Shown here piece by piece: positions 19,576 to 26,400 of a stretch of DNA of 64,000 nucleotides. Below the pieces are notes generated by a model. It saw only the letters and a program-made list of their open reading frames with translations, was not told where the DNA came from and searched no databases. Each line of letters starts with the position of its first letter. Position 1 is the first letter of the stretch. Both the position numbers and the translations under genes were made by a program. The stretch is from assembly GCA_016708565.1 (NCBI GenBank), contig JADJFN010000037.1, positions 64,001 through 128,000 of the forward strand. The letters are read 5' to 3'. The stretch comes from Myxococcales bacterium. Its GTDB lineage: Bacteria > Myxococcota_A > Polyangia > Haliangiales > Haliangiaceae.

Positions 19576-21510
19576 GTGCCGCGGTTCGAGCAGCGCGCCA
19601 CCGGCCGGTTCTGGGAGGTCGAGGTCGACGATCGCGTCGTCACGACGTGCGTCGGGGCCATCGGCGGTGACCCGCCCAAGCCCGCCACCGTCGAGCACGC
19701 CGACGCCGACGCGGCCTACTACGCCGCGACCTCCGCGATCCGCCAGCAGCGCCGGCGCGGCTTCGTCGACGCCGGCCCGGCCCAGGTCCTCGCCGGCGCC
19801 GAGCCGTGGACCGGCGCCGGCTCGACCATCCTGCTCGACGAGTTCTTCGACCGCGGCGACGACCGATTCGGTCTCGAGCTGCGACGCGCGACCGCCGCCG
19901 CCAAGCTCGGCGCGCTGGCCGAACGCTGGTATCGCGATCCCCGGCCGTGGGCCCGGGCCCAGCTCCTGGCCTACCTCGACGACGGCTGCGATCGCCCGCA
20001 CCACAAGCAGCTGATCAAGAAGCTGTTCAAGCTGGCCGAGGCCGCCGACGACGATCGCGCGATGGCCGGGTTCCTGGTCGCGTTCGATCGCCTGACCCGG
20101 AGGTCGTTGGTCGCGGTCACGCGCTACGACTGGCAGACCCGCGTCACCACCACGACCCACGTGCTGCGCGACGATCCCAGCGTCATCGAGAGCCTGGTCC
20201 GCGCCGGCCGCCCCGCGATCGACAGCCCTGTGTTCTCGCGGTCGACGCGGCGCTACCTGGCGCGCCGGGCCGCGCGCTACTTCCGCTACCTCGGCTACCG
20301 CGATCCGGCCCGCTACCGCGCGGCGATGCTGGTGGCGCTGGCCCGCTACACCGACGCCGCGCTCGGCACCACCACCCGGCTGCTCGACGCCTGGGGCCTG
20401 ACCCACGCGCTCTACGGCGGCTCGCCGGTGCTGGTCCACCACCCGCGCGGCCTGCGCCTCGCGCCCGATCGCCGGCTCGACGAGCTGACCCCGGCGCCGC
20501 AGATCCCGGCGGCGTGGCAGGACGCGTTCGCCGATGTCTGGCGCCTGTTCGTCGACGCGCGCAGCCGCGCGGTCCGGGCGTGGGCGCTGGCCTGGCTGCG
20601 CGCCCACCACGCCGCCGAGCTGGCCGCGCTGCCGTTCGCCGAGGTCGCGACGCTCCTGCGCTCGCCCCACGCCGACGTCGCCGCGCTCGGCGTCGAGCGG
20701 CTGCCGCACACCCGCGGCCTCGAGACCGTGCCGCTGACGATCTGGCTCGAGCTGCTCGCGCTCGGCGATCTCGACGTGGTCGCCGCGGTGGTCGCGACGG
20801 TCGAGCGGGTCGTGACGCCAGCCCGGACCACGCTCGCACAGTGCCTCGACCTGGCCGGCGCGCCGATCGCCGCGGTCGCGGAGCTCGGCCTCGCTTGGGC
20901 CAAGACCAAGCCGATCACCACCGTCGACGATCTGCACCTGATCGCGCGCCTGGCCCGGGCCCGGGTCGCCGCCGTCCGCGCCGCTGGCGCCGCGTGGGCC
21001 CTCGAACTCGCCGGCGCCCACCCCGCGGTCGACTACACCTTCGTCCGCGACCTGTGCGACGCGCCGTTCGCCGAGGTCCGCGCGCCGGCGCTCGCGGTTG
21101 CCGCCGCCGACCCGCGGTTCGCCGCGGTGCCGGCGCTGTGGTTCGCGCTCACCGAGTCGCCGTACGACGACGTCCGCGCCGCGGTGCTGGCCCACGCCAC
21201 CCGCTGGCACGCGACCGCCACGCCGGCCACGCTGCAGTGGGTGTGGTCGGCGGCGATCCTCGCGGTCCACCGCGGCAGCAAGACCAAGGCCGGCGTGCCG
21301 CGCGCGATCGCCGACCGCGTCGTCGCGCACCCCGACGAGGCCGAGCAGCTGCTGCCGATGCTCGCGCTCGCGCTGCACAGCGTCCGCGCCCCCGAGCGCG
21401 CGGCGGCGCTGGCGGCGCTGGCGCGCGCGCTCCACGGCGATCCGGCGCTGGCGGCCCGGGCCCGCGTCCACCTGCCGACGCTCACCGTCGGCGTCGAGGT
21501 GATCCGGTGA
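19576..21510 (+). CDS. WGR-domain protein with long HEAT/ARM-like helical repeat region
   Basis: N-terminus MPRFEQRATGRFWEVEVDDRVVTTCVGAIGGDPPKPATVEHADADAAYYAATSAIRQQRRRGFVD matches the WGR fold (named for its W-G-R residues). The rest is Ala/Leu-rich helical repeats. Stop overlaps the next gene start (GTGA). Confidence 0.7.
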   Translation: MPRFEQRATGRFWEVEVDDRVVTTCVGAIGGDPPKPATVEHADADAAYYAATSAIRQQRRRGFVDAGPAQVLAGAEPWTGAGSTILLDEFFDRGDDRFGLELRRATAAAKLGALAERWYRDPRPWARAQLLAYLDDGCDRPHHKQLIKKLFKLAEAADDDRAMAGFLVAFDRLTRRSLVAVTRYDWQTRVTTTTHVLRDDPSVIESLVRAGRPAIDSPVFSRSTRRYLARRAARYFRYLGYRDPARYRAAMLVALARYTDAALGTTTRLLDAWGLTHALYGGSPVLVHHPRGLRLAPDRRLDELTPAPQIPAAWQDAFADVWRLFVDARSRAVRAWALAWLRAHHAAELAALPFAEVATLLRSPHADVAALGVERLPHTRGLETVPLTIWLELLALGDLDVVAAVVATVERVVTPARTTLAQCLDLAGAPIAAVAELGLAWAKTKPITTVDDLHLIARLARARVAAVRAAGAAWALELAGAHPAVDYTFVRDLCDAPFAEVRAPALAVAAADPRFAAVPALWFALTESPYDDVRAAVLAHATRWHATATPATLQWVWSAAILAVHRGSKTKAGVPRAIADRVVAHPDEAEQLLPMLALALHSVRAPERAAALAALARALHGDPALAARARVHLPTLTVGVEVIR

Positions 21511-23201
21511 AGGTCGACCTCCGCTACCACGGCGGCTCGGGGCTGCGCGAGCTGGCCGGCGGCGCCGGCCTGCGGTTCGCGACCAACGTCGCGCGGCTGC
21601 CGGTCGCGTTCGACGGCGAGCTGGTCGAGCCGCTGCGCTTCCGCGAGGCGGTGAGCGCGCTGCACGAGATCGTCGTCGGCGATCTGCGGTTCCAGCCGCG
21701 CGACAAGCGCGCGTACCAGGCGTGGCTGGCGCGCCAGGCCGCCGACGAGGCCACGCTGCGCGCCGCCGCCACCGCGCGCGGCCAGGCCGACGCGCTGGCC
21801 CGGGGCCCCGGCGGCCCGCCGCCGCCCGGCCTCGAGGCCGACTTCCGCCGCCAGCACGACCTGTACTGGACCGCGCGCCGCGCCTGGGCCGTCGAGCTCA
21901 ACCGCAACGACCCGGCGATGTTCCGCGCGCTGGTGCCGTGCGATCCGGTCGTGACCGTCGCCCCCGACGTCGTCACCTTCGAGTGCTTCAGCAAGGACGA
22001 GTCGGCCTACGGCTGCCTGTCGGTCGATCGCGACGGCTTCCGCCCGGCCGCCGAGGTCGCGCTCGGCACCACCAACGTCGACTACTCGCTGGCGCTCTAC
22101 GAGCACTTCCAGACCATCCGCACCTACCGCCCGACCCGGCTGCAGGTCGACCCGGGCGGCGTCACGGCCGCGGTCGGCGCGGCGTCCGCGCTGCGCGAGG
22201 AGAAGATCGACCTGCCGCCGTCGTGGCTGCGCGGGTTCGGCCAGCTCCAGGCGGCGATGGCGCTGCCGGCGCGCCACGTCGAGCTGTCGCCCGACGTCGT
22301 CTACTCGCTGCTGGCGTACCTGCGCCGCCACCGTGAGCGCACCGGCCCGCGCGCGCTGCGGTTCGTGCTCGCGCCGGGTCAGCCGCCGCAGGTCGTGATC
22401 GAGCCGTGGGGCGTCACGCTCACCTCGCGCGGCGCGCCGTACGCCGGCGACCGCGCCGAGGAGATCAAAGTGTGGGGCCGGCGCCGCTTGCTGGCGTTCG
22501 CGCGCACGCTGCCGCTGGCCGAGCGCTACGACGTGCGCCTGCTCGGCACTGGCCTGCCGAGCGTGTGGATCGCGCGCATGGGCGCGCTGCGCCTGACCCT
22601 GGCGCTGTCGGGCTGGACCGCCAACGACTGGGCGCGGGGCTCGAACCTCGACGGCCACTTCGCCCGCTACACCGCCCACGCCAGCGCCGTCGACGCCGTG
22701 GCCCGGATCCTGGCCGCGCGCCACGTCGCGCCGATGGCCGCGCTGACCGCCGCCGTGCCCGAGCCGCGCGAGACCGTGCTGGCCGCGCTGTTCGAGCTGG
22801 CGCGCCGCGGCCAGGTCGCGTTCGACTACGCGATCGACGCCTACCGCTGGCGGCCGATCCTCGACGCCGCGATCACCGACGCCGCGCTTGGCCCCGAGCC
22901 CGAGGAGACGGTGGCCGGGCGCCGGCTCGCCGCCAGCGTCACGATCGAGCGCCGCGAGCCACTCGGCGACGGCCGCCGCGCGCTGGTGGCCAAGGTCGGC
23001 GGCACCTCGTGCGAGGCGGTGCTCGACGCCGACGATCGGCTCGGCCGCGCCCGCTGCACCTGCTCGTACTTCCATCGCTTCCGCCTGCGCGCGGGGCCGT
23101 GCCGCCACCTGCTGGCGCTGCGCCTCCACGCCACGGCGCCCGACGATCGCGCGCTGCCGGCGGCGCGCGTCGTCGCGTCCAACCCCCGGCGGTCGACCTG
23201 A
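21507..23201 (+). CDS. SWIM zinc-finger protein (MolR-like partner of WGR proteins)
   Basis: C-terminal 564 aa of track ORF 19806..23201; the upstream part of that ORF is an off-frame artefact. GTG start at 21507. C-terminus GTSCEAVLDADDRLGRARCTCSYFHRFRLRAGPCRHLLALRLH is a CxCxnCxH SWIM motif. Confidence 0.7.
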   Translation: MKVDLRYHGGSGLRELAGGAGLRFATNVARLPVAFDGELVEPLRFREAVSALHEIVVGDLRFQPRDKRAYQAWLARQAADEATLRAAATARGQADALARGPGGPPPPGLEADFRRQHDLYWTARRAWAVELNRNDPAMFRALVPCDPVVTVAPDVVTFECFSKDESAYGCLSVDRDGFRPAAEVALGTTNVDYSLALYEHFQTIRTYRPTRLQVDPGGVTAAVGAASALREEKIDLPPSWLRGFGQLQAAMALPARHVELSPDVVYSLLAYLRRHRERTGPRALRFVLAPGQPPQVVIEPWGVTLTSRGAPYAGDRAEEIKVWGRRRLLAFARTLPLAERYDVRLLGTGLPSVWIARMGALRLTLALSGWTANDWARGSNLDGHFARYTAHASAVDAVARILAARHVAPMAALTAAVPEPRETVLAALFELARRGQVAFDYAIDAYRWRPILDAAITDAALGPEPEETVAGRRLAASVTIERREPLGDGRRALVAKVGGTSCEAVLDADDRLGRARCTCSYFHRFRLRAGPCRHLLALRLHATAPDDRALPAARVVASNPRRST

Positions 23202-23229
23202 TGTATCGTCCCTCGCACCTCCCGTCCTG

Positions 23230-23242
23230 CAAGGAGATCCGC
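23230..23242 (+). repeat. retron a2-like inverted repeat (left arm)
   Basis: caaggagatccgc is the exact reverse complement of 23438-23450. Confidence 0.55.
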
Positions 23243-23437
23243 GCGCACGAGCCCACTATGCTGCGGCGTTCCGCCGTGGCGGGACTTGCTCCACCATTGC
23301 TCACCCACGCCCGATTTTCTTTTGGGCCCTATGCGGTGCTAGCGCTCCTCACTGAGACGACCACGAGAGTCTTGGGAGCCGCTAGCACCGCCGGGCCCTC
23401 GGTGATCGGTCGCGGTCCTGCGCACGAAGTCGAGCGA

Positions 23438-23450
23438 GCGGATCTCCTTG
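23438..23450 (+). repeat. retron a1-like inverted repeat (right arm)
   Basis: gcggatctccttg. Overlaps the TTG start of the RT ORF. Confidence 0.55.
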
Positions 23451-25097
23451 GAGGGCGGGAGGCACGACACTGACATGGGGTTCTGGGACAAGGTCAAACG
23501 GTTCTTCGGCGGCGGCGGCGCGCTGCAGCCGGACCCGTCGGCGCCCACTGCGGCACCGCCGTCGACGCCCACGCCGTCGACCCCGGCGCCGGCCCCCGCG
23601 CACACCGCCCCTGCGCCGCCAGCCGCGCGCACCGCACCCGCGCCGACCTCGACCGACGACAGCGCGCGCTTCCGCAACCCGGCCATCCTCGGCCTGTCCG
23701 CCGCCGAGCTGCGCAAGCGCGCGCTGCGCATCAACCCGTACCAGACGCCGTGGATCGGCCGGGTCGACACCATCCCGCCGCAGAGCGACGAGCGCACCGC
23801 GATCATCGACCGCGGCCTGATCCTGCGCGGCCTGCTCACCGCCGCGCAGATCGAAGAGATCCACCGCGTCGGCGACCTGTGGCTCGCCCACCACGACGCG
23901 ATGCGCCTGGCCGCCGCCGCCGGCGCCGCGTCGGGCGAGGCCGCGGTCGCCGCCGAGCGCGCCCGCCGCGCCGAGGCCAAGCGCGCCAAGCAGGCCGCGG
24001 CCGCCGCCCGCGCCGCCGCCCGCGCCGCCGCCGTCGCCGCGCGCCGCGCCACCGACATCATCTTCGTCGGCCGCGGCGTGTCCGCCGGCCTCGCCGACCG
24101 CCGCAGCCACGTCGAGCAGCTCGCCGCCGCCGGCCTGCCGGTCCTGGCCGCGCCCGCCGATCTCGCCGCCGCGCTCGGCCTGACCGTGCCGCGCCTGCGA
24201 TGGCTGTGCTTCCACGCCGACGCGCCCGCGAAGACCCACTACACGTACTTCACGATCCCCAAGCGCTCGGGCGGCACCCGCAAGCTGGCCGCGCCGCACC
24301 GCCAGCTCGCCGCGGCCCAGCGCTGGATCTTCGATCAGATCCTCGCGAAGCTGCCGATCACCGACGCCGCCCACGGCTTCGTCCCCGGGCGCTCGACGGT
24401 GACCAACGCCCGGCCCCACGTCGGCCAGCGCATCGTCATCAACCTGGACCTGGCCGACTTCTTCCCGTCGATCACGTTCCCGCGCGTCCGCGGCCTGTTC
24501 GCCTCGCTCGGCTACTCGCCGGCGATCGCGACGCTCCTGGCCATGCTCACCACCGAGGCGCCGCGGGTCGAGGTCGAGTTCGCCGGCCGCACCCACTACG
24601 TCGCCACCGGTCCGCGCGCGCTGCCCCAGGGCGCGTGCACCAGCCCGACCTTGGCCAACCTGGTCGCGCGCAAGCTCGATCGTCGCCTCGGCGGCGCTAC
24701 CCGCAAGCTCGGCTGGACCTACACCCGCTACGCCGACGACCTGACGTTCTCGGCGCCGGCCGCGGGCTCGGCCCAGGTCGCGCTGATCTTCGCCCGGGTC
24801 CGCGCCATCGTCACCGCCGAGGGCTTCGCGGTGAACGAGGCCAAGGGCCGGGTCCAGCGCGGCGGCCGCCACACCGTCACCGGCCTGGTCGTCAACGATC
24901 GGCTCGCCGTCCCGCGCGAGCAGGTGCGCCGGGTCCGCGCGATCCTCCACGGCGCCCGCACGACCGGGCTGGCCGCGCAGAACCGCGCCGGCCATCCCGA
25001 CTTCCGCGCATGGCTGCAAGGCACGATCGCCTACATCCACATGGTCGACCCCGCGCGCGGCGCCGCCTTCCAGGCCCAACTCGACGCGCTATCGTGA
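23448..25097 (+). CDS. retron-type reverse transcriptase with ~240-aa N-terminal extension
   Basis: RT motifs: YTYFTIPKRSGGTRKL; QRWIFDQIL; HGFVPGRSTVTNARPHVG (NAxxH); LDLADFFPSI; LPQGACTSPTLANL; YTRYADDLTFS (YADD); RHTVTGLVVN (VTG). NAxxH plus VTG are retron hallmarks. The N-terminal 240 aa carry a Pro/Thr/Ala-rich linker and a helical Ala/Arg/Lys-rich segment. TTG start at 23448; alternative ATG at 23475. Confidence 0.85.
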   Translation: MEGGRHDTDMGFWDKVKRFFGGGGALQPDPSAPTAAPPSTPTPSTPAPAPAHTAPAPPAARTAPAPTSTDDSARFRNPAILGLSAAELRKRALRINPYQTPWIGRVDTIPPQSDERTAIIDRGLILRGLLTAAQIEEIHRVGDLWLAHHDAMRLAAAAGAASGEAAVAAERARRAEAKRAKQAAAAARAAARAAAVAARRATDIIFVGRGVSAGLADRRSHVEQLAAAGLPVLAAPADLAAALGLTVPRLRWLCFHADAPAKTHYTYFTIPKRSGGTRKLAAPHRQLAAAQRWIFDQILAKLPITDAAHGFVPGRSTVTNARPHVGQRIVINLDLADFFPSITFPRVRGLFASLGYSPAIATLLAMLTTEAPRVEVEFAGRTHYVATGPRALPQGACTSPTLANLVARKLDRRLGGATRKLGWTYTRYADDLTFSAPAAGSAQVALIFARVRAIVTAEGFAVNEAKGRVQRGGRHTVTGLVVNDRLAVPREQVRRVRAILHGARTTGLAAQNRAGHPDFRAWLQGTIAYIHMVDPARGAAFQAQLDALS

Positions 25098-25160
25098 TCG
25101 ACGCCCCGGTCGACGCACCGCCCGACTGCGCCGCCAACGGGGCCCGCGCGCCACACGCTG

Positions 25161-25346
25161 ATGGTCGCGGCCGCCGACATCGCCGATCCCGCGGCGCGCA
25201 CCTACGACATCACCGGCGAGGCCACCCACGGCCACACCGTGATGCTCACCGCAGCCGACTTCGCGGAGCTGGCCGCCAACCGCCGGGTCACCGTGACCTC
25301 GAGCGCGGTCGGTCACAGCCACGCCGTCACGATCACCTGCGTCTGA
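25161..25346 (+). CDS. small His-rich protein downstream of the RT (possible retron accessory)
   Basis: 61-aa ORF MVAAADIADPAARTYDITGEATHGHTVMLTAADFAELAANRRVTVTSSAVGHSHAVTITCV. Strongly GC3-biased codons match genomic usage. Lies 64 nt after the RT stop. Confidence 0.45.
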   Translation: MVAAADIADPAARTYDITGEATHGHTVMLTAADFAELAANRRVTVTSSAVGHSHAVTITCV

Positions 25347-25521
25347 GCCGTCGCCGCGATCTCGACAAAATTCATCGGGATTTCAGACTTCTGCAAGATC
25401 GTGACGGCGGTCAAGGACGGGGGCGCGGCAGTTTGATCCGCTCCCTGCGGGGTGTTACAACTGCTCTATTCCACTCGAATTTGGCCGACCCGTCCCTCGG
25501 CCATCGTGGACCGGTTCGCCG

Positions 25522-26397
25522 GTGCGGAGCCCCATGCGTCAAACCCAGATCTCCCGCCGCGGTCTCGACCGCACCTCCGTGACTGTCCTCGCGCTGGCGC
25601 TCGCCGCTGGCTCCGTCGCAGCGCAGCCTGGTGCGACCCCGACCGGCACGCCGACGACGCCCAAGCCACCGACCACCGCGCTGCCCGCCGCGACCGGCAC
25701 CCCGGCGACCGGCACCCCGGCGACCGGCACGCCGACGACCGGCACGCCGACGACCCCGACCACCGGCACGCCGGCCACCGGCACGCCGACGACGGGCGCC
25801 CCGACGCCAGGCACCACGCCGACCGATCCCACCGATCCCAACCAGACCGCCACCGCCGACACCGTCGACCCCGAGTCGATGCCGGTCAACCTGCGGCTGC
25901 GCCGTCTCGAGCAGCGCGTGCAGGCCCTCAAGGAGCGCGCCTGGCGCGCCAAGGCCCGCACCACGCAGCTCAAGGAGGCCGTCATCGGCGGCGGCGTCGG
26001 CGCCCAGGCCACGCTCGTCCACGAGAACAAGATGGGCAGCTCGTTCCGGCTGATCCGCCTGGTCTACGCCCTCGACGGCACCCAGGTGTTCGCCCGCTCC
26101 GAGGACACCAGCCCCAACCTGTACAAGACCAAGTCGTTCGACATCCTCACCGGCCCGATCTCGCCCGGCAGCCACTCGATCAGCGCGCTCGCGGTGTACC
26201 GCGGCCACGGCTACGGCGTGTTCAAGTACCTCAACAAGTACACGTTCACCGTCCGCGCCAGCCACACCTTCACCGCCGCCGAGGGCAAGGCCACCCGCAT
26301 CGAGGCGTCGGGCTTCGAGAAGGGCGGCCGCACCACGCCGCTCGAGAAGCGCCCCGCGATCGACTTCAAGGTGACCGCCGGGACCGGGGAGAAGTAA
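25522..26397 (+). CDS. secreted protein with Thr/Pro-rich linker and C-terminal beta-rich domain
   Basis: Signal-like N-terminus and GTPATGTPATGTPTTGTPTT repeats. The C-terminal domain has protein-like composition. First gene of a co-directional operon. Confidence 0.6.
   Translation: MRSPMRQTQISRRGLDRTSVTVLALALAAGSVAAQPGATPTGTPTTPKPPTTALPAATGTPATGTPATGTPTTGTPTTPTTGTPATGTPTTGAPTPGTTPTDPTDPNQTATADTVDPESMPVNLRLRRLEQRVQALKERAWRAKARTTQLKEAVIGGGVGAQATLVHENKMGSSFRLIRLVYALDGTQVFARSEDTSPNLYKTKSFDILTGPISPGSHSISALAVYRGHGYGVFKYLNKYTFTVRASHTFTAAEGKATRIEASGFEKGGRTTPLEKRPAIDFKVTAGTGEK
25690..25810 (+). repeat. 15-nt tandem repeats (accggcaccccggcg) encoding TGTPA units
   Basis: Direct DNA-level reiteration visible in the sequence. 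Confidence 0.6.
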
Positions 26398-26400
26398 GCC

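Larger units (their letters stand above)
23230..23450 (+). ncRNA. putative retron non-coding RNA (msr-msd) bounded by a2/a1 inverted repeats
   Basis: A ~220-nt interval of locally lower GC lies between a perfect 13-nt inverted repeat, caaggagatccgc at 23230-23242 and gcggatctccttg at 23438-23450. It contains a short hairpin gcggcg-ttc-cgccg (23263-23276), a long imperfect hairpin gggccc...ggtgctagcg-(34 nt)-cgctagcacc...gggccc (23324-23398) and a T-rich tract. The a1 repeat overlaps the RT start codon. Confidence 0.5.

Noticed and set aside
19806-21506. N-terminal 567 codons of the 1131-aa ORF 19806..23201
   Set aside because: Arg-rich off-frame shadow of the WGR gene. Only the portion from the GTG at 21507 (SWIM protein) is protein-like.
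23448-25097. Alternative identities for the RT: group II intron maturase, diversity-generating retroelement, Abi RT
   Set aside because: No domain X, maturase or endonuclease segment and no intron-like flanking structure. No obvious template/variable repeat pair nearby. The NAxxH and VTG motifs plus the flanking a2/a1 inverted repeats favour a retron. A phylogenetic check is still needed.
23382-25582. ORFs 23382..25079 (-) and 23750..25582 (+) overlapping the RT gene
   Set aside because: Gly/Arg-rich alternative frames of the reverse-transcriptase gene. The RT frame has unmistakable catalytic motifs.
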